DNA of 64,000 nucleotides from an uncultured Hormoscilla sp. (GCA_963921275.4 OZ001293.3:5952001-6016000), one strand, 5' to 3'; positions 32,240-46,064 are shown, numbered from the stretch's first letter. Made by a program: numbers and translations. The notes: generated by a model not told the origin, from the letters alone.

Positions 32240-33982
32240 CTATCCCTTGAAGGCGACAACTGAGGGCAACAGGGCCGCCGCTCTTTCTCTAGAGAAGTCT
32301 GTCAGAGCACCCCAAGCTACATCTAACAACCGACTCGGTTCCAAGTCAACCTTGATCAGATCCCAGATCCTTTGCACTTCTTCCGTGTGCAGGCGATCGT
32401 CTTCTGTCAGGGCCAACAGCAGCTGCCGCCGGATAAACCTACCTTCATCCGATAGCAGATATTGTAGACCTAGCTGGGCTGTGGGCATCAGGTCGAAGCC
32501 GTAGTCGTTGCGGGCGATCGCAATCATATTTTCCAGCCGGTCCCATCGTAACTTGCCATCTTTGAACAGCACCTCCAGCAACCGCCGCCGCAGTTTTGGA
32601 GATTCCCCCGTCAACAGACGCCGGGCCACATAGGGATAGGCCACTTCGACAATTTTGAAATTCGCATTTACACTCAGAGCCAACCCTTCCTGAGTCACCA
32701 GAGAACGAATAATCAGAGCAAACTTAGCCGGGACGCGGAAAGGATAATCATACATCAGTTCCGAGAAGCGGTCAGTAATCGTCTTGAAGTTAAAGTCCTT
32801 AACGCTTTCAGCGATCACATCTCCCAGCACCGCTTCCAAGGCCGGGACAATCTCATAAATATCGACATCTGGAGTCAAAAAGCCCAACTTGACAAAATCG
32901 GATGCCAACTCAACATAGTCTTTGTCGATCAGATGCACCACCGCATCCACCAGAGTTTCCTTAGTTTCCTCCTCCAGCTGATCCATCATCCCGAAATCAA
33001 TATATGCCATCTGGCAACCGTCCTGCCACTTGACAGGTTCCCGTTCTCGATCCACCGGACATTGAGGCGACAGAGCAAACAGATTTCCCGGATGGGGGTC
33101 CGCATGAAAAAATCCATGTTCCAGCAGCTGTTGCAGACCTGTGGTGACCCCGATCCAGATCAGGGTATCGGTGTCTAGTTTTTGCTTGGTAAGCTCCTCA
33201 GTATCGGTCAGCTTAAATCCATTAATCCACTCCAGGGTGAGCACCCGCTTGCTGCAATAGCGCCAGTATATAGCTGGCACTTTTACCAAGGGATTATCGC
33301 GGAAATTATTGGCGAATTTTTCCGCATTGCGACCCTCGTTGAGGTAATCGATTTCTTCAAATAACTTAGTGCCAAATTCATCTACAATCTCAGTCAGCTC
33401 GTGTCCCAGATTCAGAGGCAACCACGGACCAAAGCATCGGGCCCCCCACCGCATCAGGTAGAAGTCCAGGGTCAGAATGGGGATCAGGTTGGGCCGCTGT
33501 ACCTTGATGGCTACTTCTTCGCCGCTGTGCAAACGTCCTTTGTATACTTGGCCCAGACTTGCTGCTGCCACCGGTTCTGGAGAAATTTCCCTGTAAAGTT
33601 CTCCCACGGCTTGACCCAGTTCCAATTCTATCCGCTTCATTGCTACCGTGGTGGGAAAGGCTGGCAACCGATCTTGCAGCTTCACCAGTTCATCTAAGAA
33701 GTCTTTGCGAACTAGGTCTGGTCGCGTGGACAGGGCTTGTCCCACCTTAATATAGGTTGGTCCCAGACTGGTGAGCAGCTGCCGCAGTTGGGCAGCTCGT
33801 TTCAACTTCTGCTCGCTGCTCCTATTGGTCCATTTGTCCCACCACAGAGCTAAGATAAAACCGACAAAACACCACAGCACCTCCAGCGATCGCCCAATGC
33901 TCTGCCACGGACGCCTTCTGTAATACTGGGCGATCGCCTGCTGGTCGTATTTCGACAGCTGCTCTAGTTTATGCTGCTTCAC
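32240..33982 (-). CDS. ABC1/AarF (UbiB-like) atypical kinase
   Basis: LGPTYIKVGQALSTRPD, AAASLGQVY, VAIKVQRP, FFHADPHPGN, IDFGMM. Confidence 0.95.
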   Translation of the reverse strand: MKQHKLEQLSKYDQQAIAQYYRRRPWQSIGRSLEVLWCFVGFILALWWDKWTNRSSEQKLKRAAQLRQLLTSLGPTYIKVGQALSTRPDLVRKDFLDELVKLQDRLPAFPTTVAMKRIELELGQAVGELYREISPEPVAAASLGQVYKGRLHSGEEVAIKVQRPNLIPILTLDFYLMRWGARCFGPWLPLNLGHELTEIVDEFGTKLFEEIDYLNEGRNAEKFANNFRDNPLVKVPAIYWRYCSKRVLTLEWINGFKLTDTEELTKQKLDTDTLIWIGVTTGLQQLLEHGFFHADPHPGNLFALSPQCPVDREREPVKWQDGCQMAYIDFGMMDQLEEETKETLVDAVVHLIDKDYVELASDFVKLGFLTPDVDIYEIVPALEAVLGDVIAESVKDFNFKTITDRFSELMYDYPFRVPAKFALIIRSLVTQEGLALSVNANFKIVEVAYPYVARRLLTGESPKLRRRLLEVLFKDGKLRWDRLENMIAIARNDYGFDLMPTAQLGLQYLLSDEGRFIRRQLLLALTEDDRLHTEEVQRIWDLIKVDLEPSRLLDVAWGALTDFSRERAAALLPSVVAFKG

Positions 33983-34137
33983 GCTCTTGCCTCTTAATTC
34001 AACAATTGTTGCTTATTGCAAGCGACCCTTTCCCGCCATCACAAACCCGATGTGGGAATGTCACTTCTAGAAGTTAGGTTATTTAAATCAACTGGGGATC
34101 GGTTGGTTTTTTATCTTTTTCTTTAAGATACTTTAAT

Positions 34138-34314
34138 CAATAGTCCGGACCGTTTTGGCTGTACGTAGCTGCAAGCCTTGCAGCGTGAGCCTTTGCTCGA
34201 TAGAGCAATTTTAGGCAAGTTAGCCCTGGGGCAAACATTGAAAAAATAAGGCGCTTTTGGCTGCAACCCTTGTGTTGTGGTCGAAATAGGGTCTAAAAAC
34301 TATCCGGAGTATTG
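34138..34314. mobile_element. MITE with CAATA.TCCGGA TIRs
   Basis: CAATAGTCCGGACCGTTTT...AAAACTATCCGGAGTATTG flanked by TTTAAT on both sides. Confidence 0.7.
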
Positions 34315-34578
34315 TTTAATAATCTACACATTTTTTAGCGCTAATGTCAAGTTTGATTAATTTTTTGCAGTTTTTGGGCAACTAAGCTGAGAAAAACCAG
34401 ATTGCCGATAGCGGCAATAGAGAGAGCTTATTGAGAAGAGAGAGAGAGCCATTATCTTAGGTGTAAACATTCAGGGTGTAAAATCGCGCCAAACCATTGT
34501 AGTATAAGGATGTAAGCTCTCTGGGCTATAGTACAACTTCAAGCAGGCTGACTTATTTTCCTGACCCAAGGTATTAAA

Positions 34579-37246
34579 CTAAGCCAACGGGTCACCCCGC
34601 CGACTCGTCTTCAGAACCGGACGTGAGACTTTCACCTCATCCGGCTCCTCAGTTTCGCCATCCTTGTCATGGATACGGCCTTTGTCACCATCTCTGGCAG
34701 ACTTTACATCATGGCAATAATCATGCAGCAACTGTAGGTTGGTATACCAGTCTTTACCTCCTTTAGAAACTGGTAGAATATGGTCAACCTCCCATTTGTC
34801 GCCATCTTTGAATTTCAGTCCGCAGTGCACACACTTACCATCCTGCTCTTTTAGCAGTCTGATAACTCTAGCGCTCACATCCGGGCTTTTTCTCAGTCTT
34901 TTGCTCCAATAAACCAGATTACCGTCAAACGGGCTAGCTGTCCCCTTAACCTTTACGTGTCTGTGCGATTCGTTCTAGCCTAACGTGGTCAAACACGGAA
35001 CGCTAGCCCGGTTTCATTAGCCGGGAACTCTGACCGCATGGGGGTTAAATTCCCCTCCCCCCAGGTACGGGGGTGACACCGGTCCTCGGTGCTACGAAGC
35101 GACATCATCGTGGTGCTAAGCGAGGACTCAAATGTAGGATAACTGGCAGCCTAAGCCGGTGACGCCGCTAGGAAAGATATCCAAGGTTAGAGCAGGCAAA
35201 CATGTGCAAGCCTCGTTATAAGGAACCAGCGAAATAAGGCTATATGCGCTGGCCTAAAAAGGAAATGGTAGCTAGTATTAGTTTTAGACTCTGGCTAATA
35301 TAGTACTCAAATAGCTCCCGGGGTATAGTGTGGACCTAAAGGTATCGCGAAATGTTGTTAGGGAACGAAGTAACCTCTCGTGTGCTGTCCATCAGGACAA
35401 GTTAGATGTTAAGCGCAAGCCACGGGGGGAGAGATGGCCCAAGAAGCGAATGCCCGGGGTAATTCCTGGGATAACATCTACAGTAATGTAGATGATGCTG
35501 GGTAGCCAGCGCTGACGTGGGTCGGTGATACTAGGAAGCTGCTGGAATGAGTAATCCTAAAAAGCCACGGAACTAATCCGAAACGCAAGTGGAGGATAAG
35601 GTATGGATAACTGGTAAAACTGACTTGAAAATGGTGATACTAACGGTTATCAGAACAACCACTCGCTAAACCAGGAAAGGGAAGAAAAGACAGGCGGCAA
35701 GGGCTAACGGAAGTAATTCCTATTAAGTCTACCTATGAAAAGGGCCTAGTACCCAGTAGCCGGATGCGGTGAAAATCGCAAGTCCGGTTCCTCAAGGGAG
35801 GGTCGGGAAGCGATTCCCGGCTCGACCCCATCCGATTATTTCAGTTTCAGAGTATCGGTTTAGCTTCATTCCTCCATCTTCTTTAGACTTGCCAGCGAAC
35901 CTCCACCGGTCTTTCCCGGTCATACCCCAGTACTTACTAGCAATCCATTTGCCCGTTTTGTTAGGATGTCTTCTCTTTGCCCATCGCCATAACAACTTCC
36001 ATAAGTAGTTATCCATAGAGCTGTAAGTTTCTTTACTTACCACCGTCCTATAATAGTTGCTCCATCCCCTTATCATCGGGTTTAGTCTTGCTATTAAGGC
36101 CGTTTGCGGTGCCCCTTTATGGCGGCGAACTATCTCTGATAGCTGCTCTTTATGATTCCTTATGGATTTATCGCTAGGCTTGATTAGGGTCTTGAATCCT
36201 AGGGGGGTTCCGTTACAGAGTTTGCCGCTTCTGTGTTTCCCTACTTTATATTGTCGGATATTGAACCCTAAGAAGTCAAATCCAGGGCTCTCTCCTTCCA
36301 ATGTGTGGGATATCTTCGTTTTCTCGGCTTTTTGCTCCAGCCCTATTCCCTTCAACCACTCCTCAATCACTCCTTGAGCTTCCTCAATCATCGACCGGTC
36401 ATTATGTATTACCACAAAGTCATCCGCATATCTTACTACGGTTAACTTCTCCTTCTCTCTTTTTGTGTGAGCGAGACCCATTACTACCCCTTCCAGCCCA
36501 TGTAAAGCTATATTGGCTAGTAATGGAGATATAACCCCACCTTGGGGAGTTCCGGCTTCTGTGGATTCCATCCTTCCCCGGTCCATCACCCCAGCTTTTA
36601 GCCATGCCCGTATTTGTTTACGGATTGGTGACGTAGTATTCAATTTCTTTAGGAGCGCGGAATGGTCAATTTCGTCGAAACACTTCGCAATATCCGCATC
36701 TAACACCCATTTCGATTTTTGACTGATGCTAGCGAATATCGCTGCAACTGCATCATGACATCCCCTACCTGGTCTAAACCCGTAGGAATTGGCTTTCATA
36801 TACGCTTCCCATTCAGGCTCTAGCGCTTCTTTAACCAATCCCTGAAGTGCGCGGTCGTGCATCGTTGGTATTCCTAATGGCCGCTTCTCCTCCCTTCGTG
36901 GCTTCGGTATCCACACTCTTCGTGTGGCTTTTGCCTTCGCCTTTCGAGTAACTTTGATTTGACCTACCAGTTCGATACGTTCTTTTGGGGTCAGTGCTTT
37001 CACACCATCCACACCAGCCGTCTTCTTTCCCTGGTTTTGTTGTGTTACCTGCCGTACCGCTATCATCTTCGCGGACCATGACCTATTTAGTAATCCTTGG
37101 AGCTTACGAACCTTCTGCTTATTACCTTCCAGTGCCGCTCTGTAAATTCGCTTTTGCAGCTTAAAAACTATCCTTTCCAGCTTTCGCCAGGCGACAGTCT
37201 TCCATTCATACTCTTGTCTTTCGACTAAATTCCGTGACATATTCAC
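34579..37246 (-). CDS. ltrA: Group II intron RT/maturase with HNH endonuclease, interrupted by intron A copy 2
   Basis: KTAGVDG, RPLGIPT, YGFRPGR, GTPQGGVISPLLANI, RYADD, LNPMIRGWSNYY; rejoins as ETEII|RHVKVKG...CVHCG...EVDHILP...NLQLLHDYCH. Confidence 0.93.
34963..35833 (+). mobile_element. ORF-less group II intron, variant A, copy 2 (antisense inside the RT ORF)
   Basis: Near-identical to the reverse complement of 2245-3114; clean insertion with no target duplication. Confidence 0.94.
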
Positions 37247-38371
37247 TACTACTTACAACTTCACAATTGACGAGACCGTGAGGGCGTCAGCTTATCCTAT
37301 CCATTACAGACAGGCATTTGCTTCTCCACTCAATCTCCCCCAGTTGCGTCCTGCCTTCCGGAGAGCAGATGTTACGCCTGTGGTGGCTACTCCATCTATC
37401 GACCGGTGATGGAGAGTGCTACAACCGGGTTACTTCGTTCCTACAGATGATTGGTCGTAACCTTAGACGGGTTCTCTACGCCGGGTTTATTGTCAGTGCT
37501 TATTGGTCGGGTATACATCCGCCAATGACCAGTATCCTTTCCCTTTTTGGGCCAGTGTATCAGCCTTATTACACTGGATAGGCTTTACGACGTTGCAAAC
37601 CTTCGCTTTACGCTCATCATAGTTACTTGCTCGACGATGACCGGTCTAGGCTCCCAGCCATAGCGCCTTTCCTTCCCGCTTCACGGATTGATGCCATCGC
37701 TACCGTGGGGAGGGTGCTGTCACTCCTGCACCTGGAGGGGCGGGCTTTCACCACCATCACCTGTAAGTTCTCGGGACTTACGAAATCCCGGTAGCGGTCC
37801 CCCTCCTTGACTTGTGTCAAGTTAGTTTACGCTAAACGAATCGCACGTATACTAGCTTATATGACCTTTACTACTGCACAGAGGACCGACTCACTGACAT
37901 TCGCCGGGTATCAGCGTAAAGCGGGACAAAAAAACTGAAAGTCATGAGTAGAAAAAAGCACAGTTGAAAAAAATACCTGCGACATGTCACAGGTATTGGT
38001 ATCCTATCCGAAGTAAATCTTCTTCTCGGGAACGATGAGTTTGAATATACGAGAAGAAGGCGAAAAAGTTGCCAAATGTCTCCAGAAAGAGGGTGTCAAA
38101 ACCTTGACTAGGAATTGCTGAGAGCACCGGTCTACCCAAAAGCAGCGTCGGGCGCCATCAGCAAGGGATGGCGCGTCGAGCTCAGCATCGGTGAATCTTC
38201 CTGGTGGGAAACAGAGGCTATCGGCACACAGGAGACATCGCAGTGTAATTGGCCGTCAGTCTATCCAATTGAAAAAACAACACCCAAAACTAACTGAGGG
38301 ATTAGCCAAGACAACTGAACAGACCAAGGGTGCCGAACTGACCGAAGCGCTCTGGCAACTGGAAGTCCAGC

Positions 38372-40045
38372 GTGCGACTCGTTCCGGCATAAGTAGATAT
38401 ATCTACGAAAGTCGGGCCCGACTGGTTCGGGCAACTCTGGTCATCATGGGGGTTAAATTCCCCTCCCCCAGGTACGGGGGTGACACCGGTCGGAGGTGCT
38501 GCGGAGCAACATCACCGTGGTGCTGAGCGAGGACTTAAATGTAGGATAGCTGGCAGCCTAAGCCGGCGACTCCGCGCTTGTTAGAGGCTCATGGTCAGAA
38601 CAAGCAAATCTCTGTAAGTATCGTTAACCAGAACCAACGAAAAGGCTGATTGCGCTGGCCCAAAAAGGGAAAGCAGTTCGCGTCTCAATAGTGCTGAATT
38701 ATTGATATCGTACCCTCAACAACTGCCGGTATATAGTCGAGACCTAAAAGCCTCGTGAAATGATACCAGGGAACGAAGTAACCCCCGTGGTGCTGTCCAA
38801 ATGGACAAGTCAGATGTGAAGCGCACGCCCACGTGGGGAAGGATGGCCTAAGAAGCAAATGCCTGGGCGGTGTCTTCCGCATGCGGAAGACGCCGGGTAA
38901 TGCCTAGGATAAGCAGACGTAGGTCGGTGATAGTTGGAAGCCTTGGGAGAAAGTAACCTTAAAGATGCTGTGATGCTCGGGGGAAACCCAAATGGGTCTG
39001 ATAAGTCCAACAGGACGAAGGGGTAAAATTTCATGAGGCAAGGGACAACGGGAGTAATCCCCAGTAATTCTACCAGTGATAAGGACCAACTACCCAGTAG
39101 CCGTATGAGGTGAAAGCCGCTCTTTGGATGGGGTCGAGCCGGGAATCGCTTCCCGACCCTCCCTTTCGGAACCGGACTTGCGATTTTCACCGCATCCGGC
39201 TACTGGGTACTAGGCCCTTTTCATAGGTAGACTTAATAGGAATTACTTCCGTTAGCCCTTGCCGCCTGTCTTTTCTTCCCTTTCCTGGTTTAGCGAGTGG
39301 TTGTTCTGATAACCGTTAGTATCACCATTTTCAAGTCAGTTTTACCAGTTATCCATACCTTATCCTCCACTTGCGTTTCGGATTAGTTCCGTGGCTTTTT
39401 AGGATTACTCATTCCAGCAGCTTCCTAGTATCACCGACCCACGTCAGCGCTGGCTACCCAGCATCATCTACATTACTGTAGATGTTATCCCAGGAATTAC
39501 CCCGGGCATTCGCTTCTTGGGCCATCCCTCCCCCCGTGGCTTGCGCTTAACATCTAACTTGTCCTGATGGACAGCACACGAGAGGTTACTTCGTTCCCTA
39601 ACAACATTTCGCGATACCTTTAGGTCCACACTATACCCCGGGAGCTATTTGAGTACTATATTAGCCAGAGTCTAAAACTAATACTAGCTACCATTTCCTT
39701 TTTAGGCCAGCGCATATAGCCTTATTTCGCTGGTTCCTTATAACGAGGCTTGCACATGTTTGCCTGCTCTAACCTTGGATATCTTTCCTAGCGGCGTCAC
39801 CGGCTTAGGCTGCCAGTTATCCTACATTTGAGTCCTCGCTTAGCACCACGATGATGTCGCTTCGTAGCACCGAGGACCGGTGTCACCCCCGTACCTGGGG
39901 GGAGGGGAATTTAACCCCCATGCGGTCAGAGTTCCCGGCTAATGAAACCGGGCTAGCGTTCCGTGTTTGACCACGTTAGGCTAGAACGAATCGCACAGGT
40001 TCCGAATGGGAGGGTTCCGAAGCGATTCCCAGCTCGACCCCTACC
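38372..40045 (+). mobile_element. ORF-less group II intron, variant B, interrupted in domain V by intron A copy 3
   Basis: GTGCGACTCGTT start; domain V TAGCCGTATGAGGTGAAAG split at 39126; ends CTCGACCCCTACC; EBS1 GCTGAA vs flank TCCAGC. Confidence 0.85.
39126..39996 (-). mobile_element. ORF-less group II intron, variant A, copy 3
   Basis: Near-identical to 2245-3114. Confidence 0.94.
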
Positions 40046-40170
40046 AGCAACGCACCGAAGAAGATCAAAGGAGCTACCGTCAGACCCTCCATGCTATCAC
40101 CCAAGGGATTCATCCCTTCGATCAAAGAAGCGGACACTGGCAACTGCGGCAGGAGTTATCTAATTGTCTG

Positions 40171-41822
<1,652 letters not shown>

Positions 41823-42630
41823 TGCCGGGTAGTAGTCCAGAAAAATGCCCTCTTTGTTCAGGCGAAACATCAAGTCCGGGATCGCGTTTACTAGGCTGCG
41901 ATTTTTCGCCTCGCTACAACCCAATGCCTCTTCTGCATGCTTGTGTTCTGTGATATCAAATTTGATGGCTAAATATCGGTATGGTTTTCCTTTTTCATCC
42001 ACAAAGGGCACTACGGTAGTATCTAGGTTGTTCACTTTGTTCGATGGCCCCGAAAAATCTTTCATGCACTTTTTCTGTAGGGTGATGAGACCGTGGATCG
42101 CTTACTATATATGAATTGTAGGCGATAGGGTCTCGCAAGCTCCCGGAGTAAACGATCGGGCCGGAAAATTGCCCAGAATAAACACCCTAGGTAGGATCCA
42201 CCCAATAATCGGTGCCATCTTTGGCTTTATTCTTGATTTCCCCTTGCCAAACTAACCCAGCTTTAATCCGCGACCAAAACTCCTCAAATAACTCTTGGGG
42301 ATGATAACCTGAATTTACGATCCGGTGGGTTTTTCCCAGCACTTCCTCTCGACTATACTTTGAAACTTCGCAAAATTTCTCGTTTACATAACTGATCCTT
42401 CCCTTGTCGTCCGTTATGGCTACGATCGTCGCTTGCTCCAAGGCCATTTTCATCTCCGAGAACTCTTTGATGGTTTGCCGGAGTTTTTCATTCCTATAAT
42501 TTTGAGTGGCGATCGCCGAAGATTCTATGGCCTTTTTTGACTCTGACCCCATATCATCCGCTTTTCCCCACTCTACCCAACAATTGGAATCATTATACTC
42601 CATTTTTTCGCTTTCTGGAGCCTGAATCAA
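41823..42630 (-). pseudogene. PAS-domain signalling protein, split by a MITE and truncated by the IS1-like element
   Basis: YVNEKFCEVSKYSREEVLGKTHRIVNSGYH...WQGEIKNKAKDGTDYWVD|TTVVPF...AIPDLMFRL. Confidence 0.85.
42024..42189. mobile_element. MITE with TAGG(T/G)TGTT TIRs and a 9-bp target duplication
   Basis: Flanked by GGTAGTATC/GGTAGGATC; removing it restores YWVDTTVVPF. Confidence 0.8.
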
Positions 42631-42683
42631 AAATTATCGCCGACTATCTAATTTTTTAATTAAAACTTAATCTTTCTGGGGAA

Positions 42684-43490
42684 TCACAGAGAAACTTCGG
42701 AAATTTCAGCCAGAGAAAGCAAGTGGTGGCGTGAGGCTGACAGAGGGCCCTTAGTGCGCTGACAGCGAACCGCAAACTGACAGGATTTGCAAAGAGGCGA
42801 TGTTTCTGGGACTTGAGGAAAAGGAATCCCGGCTTGGTAATCTTGCAACCAATCAGTCACCTGACGCAACAGTTTGCTCAAAATAGCTTTAGTGCGCTGA
42901 TGTTGAGCTTCACTATAAGCGAATTTGAGACTTTGAGGTTCAGGTTTGTCAATCTGGGAAGCTTGAGACTGGACAAACCAGTAAGTCATGGATATTTGCT
43001 CTGGCAAATATTCGCTAGTTTCAGCCAGCACAAAGGGATACAGACGAGTTTGCCAGTTTTTTCCTAACCGCGCGGGGTTTTGAGGACGGGGATAGGTTTT
43101 CCAATCCAAAACCTGGGCGTCCAGGTCATCTAAAATTAATAGGTCATAAACAACAGTCAACAAATAGCCGCTGATATTGAGAGTGCGGCAATGTTCGCTC
43201 TCCCGGAAGGTCTGGCTAGTAGAAAGGGCGGTGGTAAAAATCTCTGGTACCGCAGTCCTTAACGCTTCCAAGCAACGTCCTAACTCGGCCTCTTTGGAAA
43301 TCAGGGATTCTACTGGCAAACCCAGTTCTCGCTGCTGCATTAACAGGTGAAAGCGCTTTCCCCAAGCGATTGAAGCCTGTTGTTCTGGGGTTGCCGGTGC
43401 CGCCAACTGCTCTAAATAACTGTATTGAAATTTGCGGGGGCAGGTTTCTAAAAGATTTAACTGCTTTTGAGACAAGTGAAACATTCTCAT
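42684..43490 (-). CDS. PD-(D/E)XK nuclease family protein (Cas4/AddB-like)
   Basis: CPRKFQY, WGKRFH, VYDLLI...VLDWKT, QTRLY, CKSCQFAVRC. Confidence 0.85.
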   Translation of the reverse strand: MRMFHLSQKQLNLLETCPRKFQYSYLEQLAAPATPEQQASIAWGKRFHLLMQQRELGLPVESLISKEAELGRCLEALRTAVPEIFTTALSTSQTFRESEHCRTLNISGYLLTVVYDLLILDDLDAQVLDWKTYPRPQNPARLGKNWQTRLYPFVLAETSEYLPEQISMTYWFVQSQASQIDKPEPQSLKFAYSEAQHQRTKAILSKLLRQVTDWLQDYQAGIPFPQVPETSPLCKSCQFAVRCQRTKGPLSASRHHLLSLAEISEVSL

Positions 43491-43500
43491 TTGTCCATGG

Positions 43501-44103
43501 CTAATTGTTAATGGGTTTGGTAACTTTAGTTAAAACGAACACATTGCCCTGATTTTCCCGACCAATGCGTAAATTATTGTCTAAATAGGTTATATCTAGC
43601 CAGCCTTGTTGTTCCCGACCCTTGATGCTAAAATCCAAGGGCGGGAACTTTTGGCCGTTCTCGATTTTGGCGATCAAACTTTCCGGAGAATTATAGCCCA
43701 CCAAGCGCTGCAATCCCAAGATTGACCTTTCAAATTTTACCTCCACCCGGCGATCGCCCACCGGTGAGAAGCGAGCCCCAACACTGACGATGCCTTCAAG
43801 ATAGGGCAAGCCCTGAACCTCGGCAATGTTGTAGAGTTTAGCCTCTTGGCATCGGATGCATTGATATATTTGACCAAGTTTGAACAATGGCAGCCGACCA
43901 ATGCTCAAAATGTCGGCACTGCTGGTGTATAGCAGACACCAATTGCCTTCCAGCAGATCCCCAGCAGCAGTCGGTTGGGGAGTGGGGTTGCGGTCTTCTA
44001 GCTGGGCAATAGCTGCCAGAATGGCCAGCTTATCCGTTTCTATTGCCAGTAAGCCGCGATTCTTACCGGCGATCGCCTCGATCAAGGTAGCTTTCCCGAT
44101 CAT
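43501..44103 (-). CDS. PAP/fibrillin family protein
   Basis: KNRGLLA, LEDRNPTP, LLEGNWCLLYTS, GWLDITYLD.NLRIGR. Confidence 0.9.
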   Translation of the reverse strand: MIGKATLIEAIAGKNRGLLAIETDKLAILAAIAQLEDRNPTPQPTAAGDLLEGNWCLLYTSSADILSIGRLPLFKLGQIYQCIRCQEAKLYNIAEVQGLPYLEGIVSVGARFSPVGDRRVEVKFERSILGLQRLVGYNSPESLIAKIENGQKFPPLDFSIKGREQQGWLDITYLDNNLRIGRENQGNVFVLTKVTKPINN

Positions 44104-44372
44104 GATGCTGACCTCCGAAATAAAAAGAGAAATATCTGTTCTCAGGTTGTTGACTTGTGGGGTTAGACTCCTCACAAAAGCCCAACAATATCATACCACC
44201 TAGTATGGACATCGATCGCCAGTATCGACGGTTACATACTGACTTACCCCCTAGAGAAATAAGGAGAAACCATCGGATTTCGGCATACGTCCTCTAAGTA
44301 GAAGGTATTTTATAGTGATAGACTAAATATTGATTTGGTGGTAAAGTTTCACAGACTTGCAGGAGCTTTCGA

Positions 44373-44598
44373 TATGAACAACCCATCTCTGCGGGAAGCA
44401 CCCCGTTGGAAACCAGCTGAGGTCATAGCCGTGAACCGAGACTCTTCCCTGATCCACTGGTTGGAAGCCACGGGGCGGATGTCGGCACCAGAACGCAATG
44501 ATGATACAGAATTCATCCCGGAAGACGAAGTGGGAGAAATGATGGATAGTAACTTCGACGGGTACGAGGAGTCCGAAGAAACCGGAGATGAAGATTAA
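44373..44598 (+). CDS. DUF3134-like small protein
   Basis: NPSLREAPRWKPAEVI...SSLIHWLEATGR, acidic tail, upstream of mraY. Confidence 0.75.
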
Positions 44599-44914
44599 GT
44601 AAGCTGTCGTGCATCGATGCCGTCGGGGTGTCGCTCGATGCCTCCGGAGAGCGCTATTCGCACTACTCCGGAGACATCTTACCCGCACTACCCCTCGCGC
44701 ATCGATCGTTCATTGCATATTTGGCTATCGCCTAAAATCGTGGCAGCCCTTGACCCATAAGCGTTTCAGCCAGAATGGTCATGGTCAATATGTAATTTAA
44801 TACATTACAACTTACCCTCGTCAGGGGACGGTGGGGAATCTGTCACCCACCGGAATCAAAATTACTCGATCTACAGTCAAATAGAAAATATAGTGGAGTG
44901 ATGGGAGAATTGTC

Positions 44915-46012
44915 GTGGAAGCTAAATTATCTGTTGATTGGCCTTTGAATTATACAGGTACTCGTCTGTTTGTGATGTTAGGGACGGGGCTAGGTTTTGC
45001 AGCCATAGTTATGGATGGGATGGCAGGACGCCTGGGAACCGAAGGGTTCTCATCCCTGACTGTACCATTTTGGTTGTGCGCCTCGGTAACGACGCTCCTT
45101 GGCTACTGGGTAGTGCCTTGGCTGCGGAGACTGAAAGCTGGTCAAGTGATCCGCTCTAATGGTCCCCAAGCCCATTTGAAAAAAGCAGGTACTCCGACAA
45201 TGGGTGGGGTGTTTTTTATTCCGGCAGCAGTAATCTGCGCTACATTGTTGTCAGGATTTAACTCTAATGTGCTTGTCCTATCAAGCGTGACTCTATGCTA
45301 TGGGGCCATCGGCTGTTATGATGATTGGAAAATCATCAACCGTCGTGCCATTAAAGGCTTGTCGCCTCGCAAGAAACTGGCATGGCAGACGGGTTTTGCG
45401 GCTCTATTTTGTCTCTGGCTCGCCTGGAGTCAACCAGTAAGTATCACCACCATTATATTGCCTTTTGGTATAGCTATTCCCCTAGGAATGCTATTCTGGC
45501 TGCTTGCTAGCTTGGCGATGGTGGCAGAAAGTAATGCTGTTAACCTGACTGATGGTGTAGATGGATTGGCCGGGGGAACAAGTGCGATCGCCTTTTTAGG
45601 ATTAGGGGCATTAATTGGGAATAGTTCCCCAGAATTAATGATATTCTGTGCCTGTATGAGCGGCAGTTGTTTGGGATTTTTGGCCTTCAATCGCAACCCG
45701 GCTCGGGTGTTTATGGGTGATACAGGTTCTCTCGCATTAGGAGGTTCCTTAGCAGCCGTTGCCTTACTCAGTAGTAACATTTGGGGTTTATTTATTCTCA
45801 GCGGGATATTCTTAGTAGAAACACTTTCCGTGATGGCACAGGTAAGCTACTTCAAGGCTACCAAAGGACCGGACGGCGTGGGCAAGCGACTGTTGAAGAT
45901 GGCACCGCTACACCACCATTTAGAACTATCTGGGTGGCTGGAAACTCAAGTAGTCGGCCTGTTTTATTTGATTAACGGAATGTTAGCTTTCCTCTGTTTT
46001 AACATGCATTAA
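44915..46012 (+). CDS. mraY: Phospho-N-acetylmuramoyl-pentapeptide transferase
   Basis: KAGTPTMGG, YDDW, NAVNLTDGVDGLA, VFMGDTGSLALG, MAPLHHHLE. Confidence 0.97.
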   Translation: MEAKLSVDWPLNYTGTRLFVMLGTGLGFAAIVMDGMAGRLGTEGFSSLTVPFWLCASVTTLLGYWVVPWLRRLKAGQVIRSNGPQAHLKKAGTPTMGGVFFIPAAVICATLLSGFNSNVLVLSSVTLCYGAIGCYDDWKIINRRAIKGLSPRKKLAWQTGFAALFCLWLAWSQPVSITTIILPFGIAIPLGMLFWLLASLAMVAESNAVNLTDGVDGLAGGTSAIAFLGLGALIGNSSPELMIFCACMSGSCLGFLAFNRNPARVFMGDTGSLALGGSLAAVALLSSNIWGLFILSGIFLVETLSVMAQVSYFKATKGPDGVGKRLLKMAPLHHHLELSGWLETQVVGLFYLINGMLAFLCFNMH

Positions 46013-46064
46013 AATAACCAACAGTTTTTAAATTGTCGGGTGGGCATTGCCCACCCGAAGTTGT

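Larger units (their letters stand above)
34573..37846 (-). mobile_element. RT-encoding group IIB (chloroplast-like) intron carrying a nested ORF-less intron
   Basis: GTGCGATTCGTT start; domain V GAGCCGGATGAGGTGAAAGTCTCACGTCCGGTTC; ends CTTAGTTTAAT; EBS1 GTATAC matches the 5' flank GTATAC. Confidence 0.93.
34463..40170 (+). mobile_element. Degenerate transposon-like element (DUF6399-like gene) hosting nested introns
   Basis: GTAAACATTCAG end at 34463; gene fragments MSLNIREEGEKVAKCL..GLPKSSVGRH..ESSWWETEA (from about 38036) and EVQ|QQRTEEDQRSYRQTLHAITQGIHPF; right side lost at the IS1-like element. Confidence 0.55.

Noticed and set aside
35792..37246. RT as a retron, DGR or CRISPR-associated RT
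   Set aside because: It lies inside a complete group II intron (GTGCG start, domains V and VI) and has maturase and HNH domains.
42684..43490. cas4 of a CRISPR system
   Set aside because: Solo PD-(D/E)XK gene in a housekeeping context with no cas1, cas2 or array.
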